From assembly GCA_002104905.1 (NCBI GenBank), contig MCFE01000285.1:39142-103141 (forward strand): 64,000 nt of DNA. Direction: 5' to 3'. Below the pieces are notes generated by a model. That model ran no database searches and was not told the origin of the DNA. It saw only the letters and a list, made by a program, of their open reading frames with translations. The translations under genes were made by a program, and so were the position numbers. The stretch is from Basidiobolus meristosporus CBS 931.73. Its lineage: Eukaryota > Fungi > Basidiobolomycota. Positions 1-11,974 of this stretch are shown here, one piece after another; position 1 is the first letter of the stretch; every line of letters begins with the position of its first letter.

Positions 1-2053
1 GTTTCAATGGGTGTTGTCTCATTGCATATTGGGACTTGACCAGGCTTATACATGGTACTGTTGTTAGGGGAGATGGGTTCATAATCCATCAGTGAACCTT
101 CTTTGTCTGAGCTATCACTCTGTGTGCCATGTACAGAAGGCTGAGGTGAGCCTAAAGGCATCACAAACTCACCTGACTCAGTTTGCACAAGGTTACAAAT
201 ATGGCTAGGTAACCATATAGAAGTGTCAACTGGCCAGAAAGATAATGTTGGTACAGTAGTAGCCAATGAATTGTCAAATATGACCTGTGTAAAAAACACT
301 GGCCGTTATCCTTGTAATACTTCCTATGCTGTCTGCATGCTTCATGGCTGAGAGGCTAGCTATAGTAGCCACATGGTTTTTTTTCTCTTCTCTTATGGCA
401 TTGAGTCAAAGTAGTCATGTAGATGGGTCAAACAGTTTGACCTTCAACAACGTAACGCTATTATATCACTTTTTGGTCAATACTCATGTGAATTTAGAAC
501 AGTGTTGTATTTGTGACATTGCACCTACATGAATGTAAGATTCAATGAGGACCCCCCTGAGTAAGCATAATAAATAAAGTTGTGGCACCACATACACATG
601 TATATGCAGCACTATTTTCCCTTTGGTTTGACTCACATCCATGTATATGCAGCCAAAAAATTAAGCAAAGTTGTCTGGTTCCCAGCCAAAACCCACTGCT
701 GACAGCAACAGAAGAACATTTGGACATCAGCTGACTTTGACACTCAGTGAACAAGTGGGCCTACATCCAAAAAAGACCATGTTAACAGTTTGCCCACTGA
801 TGGTAATAAGTCAGACTCCTCAGGGTCTCAGTCAAGTGTGCAATTGAGAACCTCTGCAGAGCCACAAGTTGACTGTTATGCTCAGGCAAATGCAAATGTA
901 GCAAATGTAGTACCCATGGTTGAGGACTAGCAAGTGGCCATCATAACATCACCTCCTCCCATATTAGCAAGTATGTTGCAAGCTCATACCAATGCATTAA
1001 TGAAGCAATTAGGTGCAGTGGATGATAGGATAGATACAATGGCCTAGTGAAATTGGGAAATAGTCCAGAAACAGGATGAGTGGATAATACATGTGGAGCA
1101 ATCAATATCCCATGTAGAGAAAGCAGTATCTTTGCTGCAAAGAAGAAACTCAATTAGATCAATGTTACAGCAAAGAATGGAGCTATTTCCCAATGTAATA
1201 GCAAAGGAACGCCACACAGTCTTTGAAGCACAACAACAGTGCCCAAAGATAAAGCCCACAGAAAAACCCATCACAGTGTGGGAGGGAGACAATGTGGTTT
1301 TTATACCAAAGCCTAAAAATCAAATGACATTGAAGATCCCTGAAGCCATTGAGTGCAATAATGAAGAGTGGGCTAATATTCAAGAGGCAGTTAGATGTTT
1401 GGCACAGCATCACCTTAAGGCCAGCATATCATGGGACCACAAGGAACTCAAGGCCAAGCAGAATGCATTTGACTTGTTCCATGAGCATTATCCTGGATTC
1501 AAACAGGCAAACAAATTTTTGGCCTGCATTGGTGTGCTAAGAAAGTATCTTAAGAATAGCAGACACTATCAAAGGTAGAGAACAAGGGTGTCATGGATAA
1601 AAACCAGCAGCTTCCTCAAGAGCCTGTTACAAGCAGGGCTCAAAGCTCCAGACAAGCATCAAAGAGACGTGAGGTAGCTTGAAGGGTGCCAATTAGGGAC
1701 AAGCAGGCAGACATGAATGCACCAGCACAACATTTATCACGGAGAAGCATAGTAACACTCAAGGTGCACTCACTCAAAGTAGCAGTGAAGGACCTGGCAG
1801 TGATAAAAACCAGCTGCTTTGACAGGAGCCTGTCACAACTACAATTGAAAGCTCAATGCAAGTGGAAACAAAACATCAGGCTGCCAGAAGAGTGTCAGCA
1901 AGGGACAAGCAGGACAAAACAGATGCATCAGAGCAGAATTTATCCAGGAGAAAACGTAGTTCTTTACAAGAAGCACTCTGACAAAGTAGCAGTGAAAGAC
2001 CTGGCAGTGATAAAGGAAAAGGCAAAGGGAAAATGTCTACCCAAGCCTGAGAC
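1..2053. mobile_element. Degenerate DNA-transposon-like repeat, copy A (probably CACTA/EnSpm-like); continues at 8826-8868 after the Ty3 insertion
   Basis: 1-1190 recurs inverted at 8869-10058, and ~155-2053 recurs inverted at ~12570-14478. ORFs are broken by stops. The family assignment rests on the transposase-like segment of copy B. Confidence 0.6.
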
Positions 2054-2574
2054 TGTTATGAATAGACACAAGGCAGGAGGAAAAGCTAGGCTTGGCAGGA
2101 AAGGACTTAGGTGTGGACCATCAAGGCAAGGCAGGATTCAAGGCAAGGCTGTTTATTCAAGACCTGTGTTTATCAGACTGAGGAATACTTAAGGGGGGAT
2201 AGGACTATATATACTTTTTGGCTATATTGATGCTGAGAGATGTTAGCTAATACTAATGGGGTTGTGGGGTAAGGCACAGCAATGGTGCTGGGGATAATGA
2301 CATAGATGACACAGCACTGAGACAGGATGGGGAAATGGATTGGGTCACCTGATCATGTGAATAAGTCATGTGACCTGGTATTTCCATATATGGTACTGGA
2401 CTATGACAAATACAATGGAAAGCTTCCATGGAATATTCCATTGTGTAACAATGGTTTGGAATGGTCAGGAACTTTCTGGAAGGTGGTAGAGGGTTCCAGA
2501 AGGAATCTCTTAGAAATTGAGCTAGGAAGCTGAAACTTGGCATGGGTGTTCATGGTTGTCATGTGATCATGACA
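2054..2574 (-). repeat. 3' LTR of the Ty3 element (521 bp)
   Basis: TGTTATG...CATGACA; direct repeat of 8242-8820. Confidence 0.97.
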
Positions 2575-2859
2575 CTATTCTCCTCTTCCAGGCAAAGCTC
2601 TGTTTCCCTTTGGGGCAGGTTTTGCAGGATATTGTTGGTGGAACTGGGTAACTAGTTCTTGACAATTAGTGAGATGTGTAGCTGGTTCCCATGTTTGGTC
2701 ACTTGGGCCATAACCAATCCAGTCTACTAAGTAGTACAGGTTTGACCGGATATACTTGGAGTCTAGAATCTGTTTAACTTCAAATTCTTGATGTTGGTCA
2801 ACCTGGATAGCTTGGGGCTTTGCTTCTTGCCGGTTTGGCAAGGTGTTCCTACAATACGG
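2575..2859 (-). pseudogene. Integrase C-terminus with chromodomain, detached from pol by an insertion
   Basis: FEVKQILDSKYIRSNLYYLVDWIGYGPSDQTWEP is a chromodomain signature; it rejoins pol in frame when 2860-3662 plus one TSD copy is removed. Confidence 0.9.
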
Positions 2860-3662
2860 TGTGGTGGTGTAGAGGTACTCCTGGGAGAAGCTACACAACT
2901 CAAGGTGTGTGAGGTGTCTGATGGGTGCAATAACCTCTGTGTCTAAACTGCTGGTGTCTTTGTCAATATGTCACTATGGTAAAAGCTCCTGCTTCTCTAG
3001 CTTCCTAGGTGCTCCAAGTGTCTCCAAAGGCCTCTGTGTGTCTTGTGCACTACCCTGAAAAGCTCCTTGATGGCAGGTCTGAGATGTACTGTTGAAGGCA
3101 GGTGCAGTGATCAACTGCTAATCAATAAGGTAGAAGTGTTACTGATAGAAGGGATGATTTATTGATGAGGGATTGCTTTCCCTTAAATACTTTTCCTGAT
3201 TGCCAAGTGATTACTAATGACAAGGTTCTAGAAGATTCTAGGTATCAGTGGAATTCTTGATGACATCACAATGACCTAAAATATGCCAAGAATGTCCTGG
3301 AAGGTTCTAAAGGGCACAGCACATCCAACCAATCAGGAATCAGTAGTCTGAAACCTGTGCAACATAGAAATACCATATATGGTATTGAAATGGTAGGGAT
3401 GGTAACACAGACCTAGGTCATGTGTCACGGGTACTGACGCGGGTACTTGCCTCATATAGATACATCTACTGATCACAAAGCTGAATAACATCTGGGATAA
3501 CTAATGCTAATAACTAATCAGGGTAAACATCATATGGGGATAATACTGATAATATGGGCAAAAGAAGAATGGGATAATACTGATAAGATAAAATATGGAT
3601 AAGTATATCATAATGACTATATGAATAAACTTGTCTGTGGGAGGTATGTTTACCCTACCACA
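2860..3662. mobile_element. Solo-LTR-like insertion (803 bp) inside the Ty3 integrase
   Basis: Begins TGTGGTGG, ends CTACCACA; flanked by 4-bp duplication ACGG (2856-2859, 3663-3666); no coding capacity recognised. Confidence 0.8.
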
Positions 3663-6600
3663 ACGGCTCCAGGAGGGACACATGGAAAGTATCATGGATT
3701 TTCATACTTGCTGGTAACTGTAGCTGATATACTATAGGGCTAAGCTTCTTCTTGATCTTGAAAGGACCAAGTTTCTTGAAATCCAATTTGTCACAAGGGC
3801 GGTTGGTGCTGATGTTTCTTCTGAGCAGCCATACAAAATCTCCTTCATTAAGATCAGGGCTGGGATGCCGTTTTAGATTGGCAAATTTCTTGTAGCTTTC
3901 CTGAGCTAAGGATAGTTCTTCCTTGAGGGTATTCTGGATGTCCTGGATTGCTTGGGCATGTTCAGCCGCATGTGGGCTTATTGGGTTTGTTGGAATCTGG
4001 ATATCAAACTGAGGGTGGAATCCATAGTTTGCATAGAATGGTGTAAAACCGGTTGCACTATGGCTTGAGTTGTTGTAGGCAAACTCAGCAACAGGGAGTA
4101 GATCAACCCAATTGTCTTGCTGGTAATTGATATAGCACTGGAGGTATTGCTCTAGAATCTGGTTGATTCTTTCAGTCTGGCCATCAGACTGTGGGTGGAA
4201 GGCAGTAGAGAGCTTGACTTGAACACCAAGGTATTGCATGAAGTGTTTCCAAAACTTGGACACAAACTGTGGGCCTCTATCTGACACAATATCACTGGGG
4301 ATACCATGAAGGCGGAAAATATTCTTCAGGACTAAAGCAGCAGTTTCTTTTGCATCAGTGTTCTTACAGCAAGGGATAAAGTGAGCCATCTTGGTCAGCC
4401 GGTCAGCCACTACAAGTATAGTGTTGAAGCCACATGACTCAGGGAGGTCAGTAATGAAGTCCATAGATATAGATCTCCATTGGTGTTCTGGGATAGGCAG
4501 GGGTTGAAGAAGTCCATGGGGCTGGTGTCTGGCTGGTTTTGCACGGTTGCAAATATCACAAGTCAGAATGTACTCTTTGATAAGAGTTATCATTCTAGGC
4601 CACCAGAAATCTCTTTTGATAGCATTCAAGGTTTTGGCAGTACCAAAGTGGCCTGCAGCCATTGAATCATGCCAAGACGTAATGATGTCTAGCTGGGTGG
4701 CAAGGTCTGCGACATAAAGCTGCTGCTTGTGGTAGATGAGGTTGTTTACCAAATGCAGGTTCTGGATGTTTGGGAACTTGGGAGGGGGCCCAACTGGGGA
4801 TTCCAGATATTTCTTGATGGTGCTGGAAGTCATATCAGAGGCCTGGGATTCTGATATCCTTACTAGGAATGAAGGGATGACAAGACTTGAGGACTGGGTG
4901 GCAAGAATCTTGAAATGTTTCTTGCTCAGCAGTGGGTGTTCCATTTGCCAACAGGCATCATCTCCCTCTTCCAGGGCATATTCCTTTTTTCTGGACAGGG
5001 CATCAGGCTTTCCTTGCTTTGCACCAGGTCTATAGGTGATAGTAAAGTCAAAGCTGGACAGGAAGAGTGACCATCTGGCTTGTCTCCGGTTTAGTAATTT
5101 GGAAGTTGCAAAGTACTCAAGGTTCTTATGGTCACAGAGGACTTTGATTTTGTGTTTTGCACCGTCCAGGTAGTGTCTCCATTGCTCAAAGGCCACAATG
5201 ATGGCAAGCAACTCCTTATCATAGATATCATAGTTGATCTCTGCAGGGGAAAACTTCCGAGAGTAGAATGCAATGGGGTGTAACACATTGTCCTCATCAT
5301 ACTGGGAGAGTATGGCACCAAGGGCAAAATCAGAAGCATCAGTCTCCACTATGAGTTGCTTCTCAAGGTCAGGGTGGGCAAGCAGGGGGGCCTTCAGGAA
5401 AGGTTTCTTGAGTTGGTTGAATGAGCTGGATTGCTCCTCATTCCAGGCAAAAGGTGTGTTCTTCTGGGTAAGCTTTGTCAGAGGGGTGACTATCTTGGAG
5501 TAGTTGGCTATGAACCTGCAATAGAAGTTGGCAAATCCCAGGAAGGATTGTACTTCCTTGACTGAGCTTGGAGTTTTCCAGGACTGGACTGAGTCAACTT
5601 TCTTTGGGTCCATTCTTGTTCCCTCAGGGCTGATGAGGTAACCAAGAAATTCCACTTCTCTCTGGTCAAATTCACACTTCTCTAACTTGGCATAGAGACT
5701 GGCAGAGTCTAGTTTTCTCAATACTTTCTTGACATGTTCATCATGTTCATCTTGGCTCTTGGAGTATATGAGAATATCATCAAGGTAGATTACCCCAAAC
5801 TGGTCAAGGTATTCACGGAATATGTCATTCATGAGGTGTTGAAACACAGCAGGGGCATTGGTGAGGCCAAATGGCATTACTTTGTACTCAAAGTGACCAT
5901 ATCTTGTGCGAAAGGCAGTTTTCCATTCATCACCAGGCTTGATTCTGACAAGATTGTAAGCTCCTCTCAAGTCTATCTTGGTGAAGACTTGGGCAGCAGA
6001 TAGCTGATCCAACAGTGTGTTGATCAGGGGCAGCGGGTAGCGGTTCTTGACTGTGATCTTATTCAAAGCACGGTAGTCCACACACATTCTGAGGGTGCCA
6101 TCCTTCTTCTTGACAAAGAGGATTGGGGCTCCAGCAGGTGATTTGGAGTGCTGAATAAAACCCTTCTGGAGGTTTTCTTGAATATAACCATGGAGTTCTT
6201 TCAACGCCGGCTGGGAGTGGTTATATATTGGGCCAAATGGAGGGACTTTTCCATCTTCAAGGTCAATAGGGCAGTCATAAGGCCAATGGTCAGGGAGGAG
6301 TTCTGCTTTCTTCTTGTCAAAGACATGGGCAAACTCTTGGTACTTGGCTGGTATAGTTGCTGAGGGGGCTCCTTCAGCTGGCAAGGTATCTTGGGATGTT
6401 GAACTGTTGGCAACCGTCTTTTCACGGTTATCAGGGTCTGGAGATTTCATGGAGTTGACTTGGTGGGATCTGGTGAATGACAGGATCTTGGATTTCCAAT
6501 CAATACTTGGATTGTGGTAGCTCAACCATGAGCTTCCAAGCACAATAGGATAGTGTGGTGAGTTGATGATGTTGAAGGCAATTCTTTCTTGGTGGGCAGT

Positions 6601-6897
6601 ACTGGACAGCTGGAGTAAGCATGTTTCATGGGTAACGGCACCAGAGGAGAGTGATCTTCCATCAATAACTTCTACTTGGACTGGACAGGATTTCAAGGTA
6701 ACAGGAATAGAGTGCTTCTGTACAAAGGCTTGGTCAATGAAACAGGATGAAGCACCGGAATCAATCAGGGCTAGGGCTGGGACAGGACTGGAGTCAGGGA
6801 TCTGGATTTTGACAGGCATTCTCAAGGACTGGATAGATTTTGTGGCAAAGGAAGATTCTTGGATATGCTGGATTTTCATGGGTGGGTCCAATTGCAA
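3655..6897 (-). pseudogene. pol: Ty3/Gypsy pol (protease, RT, RNase H, integrase)
   Basis: ALIDSGAS (PR), YLDDILIY (RT), [10 protein letters not shown] (RH), HH-CC zinc finger, SMDFI...SDRGPQF...QTERINQ (IN). Many Arg->Cys/Trp/His/Gln changes at conserved sites. Confidence 0.95.
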
Positions 6898-6902
6898 GCC
6901 TG

Positions 6903-7865
6903 TCAGTGCAACTGGACATTGGAGTTTCCTGACAGATCTGAATCAGGTTGGTTGCTGGAGGACTGCATCAGCTTGAAGCTGGACTTCTTGTTAGGGCAGG
7001 ACTTGGCAAAGTGACCTGGTTGGCCCCAGTATAGACAGAGGTTGGCTTGTTGACGTCTGGACTGTTCACTCTTTGATAGTTTCTTGTATTTGGCACTATC
7101 AATCTGCATAGGATCTTCTGGAGTGACTTGGGGAGCAGGAGGGGCTGGGACTGCAACAGGAATGTGCCTTTGACGGTTCTTTTGCTTCTTCTGGAATAGT
7201 CTGTTATCACACCGGATTGCTTGGTGCATAGCTTCAACCAATGTATCTGGATCTGGGAGTGTGAGTAGCAGATCACAAACTTCATCATTGAGGCCATCTT
7301 GGAATTGGCTAATCAAGGCTGCTTGACCCCAGGAGCTGAGGTCACTGGAGAGTTGTCAGAATTCTGAGGCATAGACTGATGCTGGTTTGTTCCCTTGCTT
7401 GAGGGTCTTGATCTTGTTGGCAGCAGTTCTGGCTTGGTCAAGGTTACCAAATGTTAGCTCCATTTCAGTGAGAAAAGCTTGGTAGTCTCTGAAGAGGGGA
7501 GAGTTGGTCTCCACTAATGGGGAGAACCACTTGAGAGCTGTACCAGTAAGCAGGTTGGAGATGAAACCAACTTTGGCCTGGTCAGTGGGGTACCGGTTGG
7601 GCTGGAGTGCAAGATTGTTCTTCACCATGTTGATGAAGCCACAGAATTCATTCTGAGAGCCATTGAACTTGGTAGCAGGAGTATACTTGGGTTCTTGGTA
7701 GACTGGGACATGGCTAGTTTGCTGGACACTTTGGTTCTGGAACTGAGCAAGAGTGTTTCTGAGGTCTGCATGGTCTTGCTGCAGTTGGGTAAAGGCAGCC
7801 ATGAGCTGGGCAAAGTTCAGCTCTAGGTTGGACATGGTAGCAGTGGAAGGCGGATGAACTTGCAA
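6903..7865 (-). pseudogene. gag: Ty3 gag with premature stop and mutated zinc knuckle
   Basis: ORFs 7356-7865 and 6903-7316 are in one frame, split by a TGA. Retrotransposon-gag motifs KFNG...FI and LTGTALKWF; knuckle reads CLYWGQPGHFAKSC (second Cys lost). Confidence 0.9.
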
Positions 7866-8228
7866 GGAATACTGGAATATACTAAACTAGGTTGTGGGTT
7901 TGTAAAGCCACTAGTATGTCAAGAATACAACTATTGAGCCACAATCCCCAACTTAAATAAGTTAGCGTCACTTCAGAAGGTACTGGTTTCAATGTCCTTT
8001 GATAGAGTATTGTACTAAAGCTTCCAATACTGTAACAACTGTAAACTCCACCAGCAGGGTAATAAAGTGAATGCAGCTTTGACCAATAGTTTTACAAAGA
8101 TAAAGTATCTTTGCCTTTATAGGACAAGACTAGGGAAAGATGATGCGTGATACTTACGGTGAGTATTCCTTTTACAAGTTTTCTTCAAACTTTGGGCAGA
8201 AGGCAGGGATCCACAGGCAAGTCAGGAG

Positions 8229-8239
8229 AGTCTGATAAA
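8229..8239 (-). promoter_or_regulatory. Primer-binding site complementary to the element's own LTR (self-priming type)
   Basis: Minus-strand TTTATCAGACT, 2 nt after the 5' LTR, is the perfect reverse complement of AGTCTGATAAA at 8425-8415 in the LTR. Confidence 0.8.
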
Positions 8240-8241
8240 AC

Positions 8242-8820
8242 TGTTATGAATAGACACAAGGCAGGAGGAAAAGCTAGGCACGGCAGGAAAGGACTTAGGT
8301 GTGGACCATCAAGGCAAGGCAGGAGGAAAAGCTAGGCACGGCAGGAAAGGACTTAGGTGTGGACCATCAAGGCAAGGCAGGATTCAAGGCAAGGCTGTTT
8401 ATTCAAGACCTGTGTTTATCAGACTGAGGAATACTCAAGGGGGGATAGGACTATATATACTTTTTGGCTATGTTGATGCCGAGAGATGTTAGCTAATACT
8501 AATGGAGTTGTGGGGTAAGGCACAGCAATGGTGCTGGGGATAATGACATAGATGACATGGCACTGAGACAGGATGGGGAAATGGATTGGGTCACCTGATC
8601 ATGTGAATAAGTCATGTGACCTGGTATTTCCATATATGGTACTGGACTATGACAAATACAATGGAAAGCTTCCATGGAATGTTCCATTGTGTAACAATGG
8701 TTTGGAATGGTCAGGAACTTTCTGGAAGGTGGTAGAAGGTTCCAGAAGGAATCTCTTAGAAATTGAGCTAGGAAGCTGAAACTTGGCATGGGTGTTCATG
8801 GTTGTCATGTGATCATGACA
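8242..8820 (-). repeat. 5' LTR of the Ty3 element (579 bp; internal 58-bp tandem duplication; TATA-like TATATATA at 8452-8459)
   Basis: Direct repeat of 2054-2574 plus a duplicated aggcaggaggaaaagctagg...ccatcaaggca unit. Confidence 0.97.
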
Positions 8821-8868
8821 GAGACAGGGAGGCATGCAAAAAAACTGCAGTTCTTGCCAGTTAATACC

Positions 8869-10860
8869 GGGAAATGGCTCATTTCTTGGCTGTGACATTG
8901 AGCTACATGAGTTTCTTCTTTGCAGGAAAGATACTGCTTTCTCTACCTGGGATATTGATTGTTCTGCACTTTTTATCTGCTTATCTGGTTTCTAGACTAT
9001 TTATTGACTTCTTTGGGCCATTGCAGCTATCCTATCAGCCACTGCACCTAATGGGCTCATTAATGCTTTGGTATGAGCTGACAGCATATTTGCTAATACA
9101 GGTGGTGGTAATGTTACGATGGCAATTTGCTATTCTTCAACTGAAGGCACTTCTTTTGCTACATTCTCATTTGCCTCAGCAATATGGTCAGCTAGCAGCT
9201 CTGCAGATATTCCCAATGGTCTACTTGACTGAGAGCCTGAGGAGTCCGCATTATTCCCTTCAGTGGGCACACTGTCCACAGACCTTTTTTTGGTTGTAGC
9301 CCTGCTTGTTGCACTGAATGTCAAAGCAAGATGTTGGCCAACTGTACTTCTGCTGCTGTCAGCAGTGGGGTCTGGTTGGGAACCATGCAACTTTGCTTTA
9401 TTTTTTGGCAGCATATATATGGAAGTGAGTCATACCAAAGGGAAAATGGTGGTACATATATATGTGTATGTGGTGTCACAACTTTATTTATAATGCTTGC
9501 TATGGCAGGTCATCATTGAATCTTACATTCATGTAGGTGCAATGTCTCAAATACAAGACTGTCTTGAATTCAAATGAGTATTGACCAAAAAGTGATATAA
9601 TAGCATTATGTTGTTGAGTGTCAAATTGTTTCCCCATGGACAATACTACTGTGATTCAGCACACTAAGAGCAGAGAAAAAAGACCATGTGGCTATTGTTG
9701 CAAGCCTCTCAGCCGTGAAGCATGCAGACAGCATAGGAAGTACTACAAGGATCATGGCCTGTGCATTGTCACACAAGTCATATATGACCATTCACCAGTC
9801 ACTACTGTGCCAACAATATCTTGCCAGCCACTTGATACCATAAACAGCATCTGGCTGTACTTGTCACCTTGTGCAAACTGATTCAGGAGAGTTTGTGACA
9901 CCTTTTGGCTCACCCCAACCTTCTGAATATGGCTCACAGAGTGATAGCTCTGAAGAAGCAGGCTTACTGATGGATTGTGAGCCTATCTTCCCTAACAGCA
10001 GTACCCTGCAAAAGCCTGGCAAAATGCCATTTTGCAATGAGACAACACCCATGGAAAAAATGCCAATGATACTTTATGGAATCAAGTCAGCCCAGTAATA
10101 CATCTACCAGTGAATGATATGATGTTGTGGCTAGAAAAGTGGCATGTATCCACTAATATCAGTAATGTGGGCTTGGAGGACTTACTACTACTTCTTGCCA
10201 AAATCATTGCAGGATGCAACTTACCAAGTACATGGTATAAATGGAAAACCATCATGGTGCTGGCTATGTATTACCCTGAGACCACCCAATACCAGCATGT
10301 GTAGCAGTTGCATGGCGTTCACATCAGAAAATGCTACCACTGCAAGGTGTCCAACTTGTCAGGAGTCCACCACCATAGGTGGAAAACATTTTCACACTCT
10401 AGATATATTATGGTATTACCTTGTATAAAGAAGCTCAAACAGTCCATCAAATGTTGTGACGCCATAAGTATTGCACTCAGTATCAATCAAGTGCAAACAT
10501 ATCAGATATATTTGATGGCAAACAATACAAACAGCTAAGAAGCAAGGGCCACTTTGACCCTATGAAAGATAATTTGGTCTCATGGGTGGATCCAATCTGG
10601 ATTAGCCATCAGGATCCTGTTTAGAGACCATAATAATACCAGCAGCTTAGAATTAGTGACCCTCTTAACAATCTGATGAAGGGATCACAATGGTGTCTTG
10701 CTAATCTTACAACAAAATAAAGAGATAAAACTTGATAAGATTTTATTGATGCTTTGACAATAATTGTATGGTATTGTTGCGATCTTTTAGTGCTCTACAA
10801 CTATTTTAAGTGGATCCAACCAGCCAGGACATTGAAATGCCATATATGGCAAGAAACTTG
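8869..10860 (+). mobile_element. Repeat copy B with remnant CACTA/EnSpm (Tnp2-like) transposase
   Basis: Inverted copy of 1-1190, continuing into NLPSTWYKWKTIM...HVCSSC...RCPTCQES and SDIFDGKQYKQLRSKGHFDP, resembling the LP-S-Y, HxC-C...CPxC and DIxDGxxYK motifs of CACTA transposases. Multiple stops and frameshifts; no CACTA terminus found. Confidence 0.55.
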
Positions 10861-11127
10861 ATGGCTTTTTGATGGACTCACAGCAAGACTCTGATGGTAT
10901 CACATTGGCAGTATGACAGCCTACAGCTGGTTCTGTACAATGCTACTATACCAATTTACCAAATGGTATTTCCTTTTTCTACCTCCCCTTGTAAAGTTCA
11001 AATATTCCACTGTGGAATCACCCCACTTTATTTGCTCACCCACTACTACCTTGGGTATTCCACCTAAAGTCTGAATAAGAAAAACCATGGCCTCCTGCTT
11101 AATAACCTCTACAAACACACACACCTG

Positions 11128-11588
11128 ACTCCAGCAAAGTAGATGAGTTTGCTGAAAAAGGCAATTTGTCTACCACAGCCTCTGCATCCTCCATTGTTGA
11201 CAGAGTTGAGATTCCACTCACAGACATGGCTACAATGTCAAGAGCTCAAAAGAATATCACAATGCCCTCAGTAGAACTTTGGAACATTAATAGGCACACC
11301 AAGAGGCTGCAGCACTTTGCTAAGAGCAGTGCTCACAAAAATGCACTGTGATATTGCAAGGATTTATTGCAAAGACTGGCAGATGAAGTGCCAGACCTTG
11401 CAGTGATGGCTGAAGACCAGGACATGTGGGAACCAGTGAATGAGCAGTGGCATAAAGCTGTTGGGTTCCTGCCAAAGTCATGGAACCAGAGAGTTACAGC
11501 AGAAATACTTATTGAGTGGTGGATATTAGTGGAGTTACTTGTTGAGTGTGGGGTTGGGCTTAAAGTTAGTGTAGGGTATAGGGACTTG
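11128..11588 (+). repeat. Repeat fragment C, left arm of an inverted repeat with 11975-12427
   Basis: Shared translations VELWNINRHTK...WEPVNEQWHKA...EILIEWWIL on opposite strands. Confidence 0.85.
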
Positions 11589-11974
11589 TACCCTATGAGA
11601 AATTATTGATATGATCCCATCAAAAGGCCGTCACAAAGCTAAGGTCTTGTGACTAAGAGGTATTGATCTTGTCAGGACATTGTGCAGAGACTGTTGAAAA
11701 ATAACTGCACCCCAGATTTCACAAAAAACTTAGCCAAAATATTTCATCACCACAATGAATAAGTGGCTTTTGATTGGTTCCCTGCCAATTTGCTCACTCT
11801 CTGATCCCAGACACTCCATCACCACCTACATTTGTGTCCATTGATAGGCTATTGCCGCTTTTTCACACTCCTTACTACCTGACTCAACTGTTTCTCTTAC
11901 TTTTCATGCATACAAATTGATTAATTTCCATTGAAACTTCAGTTGTACCTCAATTGCCATTTGTATTGACCTAT

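Larger units (their letters stand above)
2054..8820 (-). mobile_element. Full-length Ty3/Gypsy chromovirus-type LTR retrotransposon (degenerate)
   Basis: TG...CA LTRs at 2054-2574 and 8242-8820; 5-bp TSD GAGAC at 2049-2053 and 8821-8825; order gag-PR-RT-RH-IN-chromodomain; purine tract GGAAGAGGAGAATAG (minus strand, 2575-2589) abutting the 3' LTR. Confidence 0.97.

Noticed and set aside
2253-2543. ORFs conserved in both Ty3 LTRs (also 8499-8789, 2327-2533, 8573-8779)
   Set aside because: Conserved only because the LTRs are duplicates; no protein motif.
8255-8385. CRISPR-like repeat
   Set aside because: Two adjacent units with no spacer inside an LTR, in a eukaryotic context.
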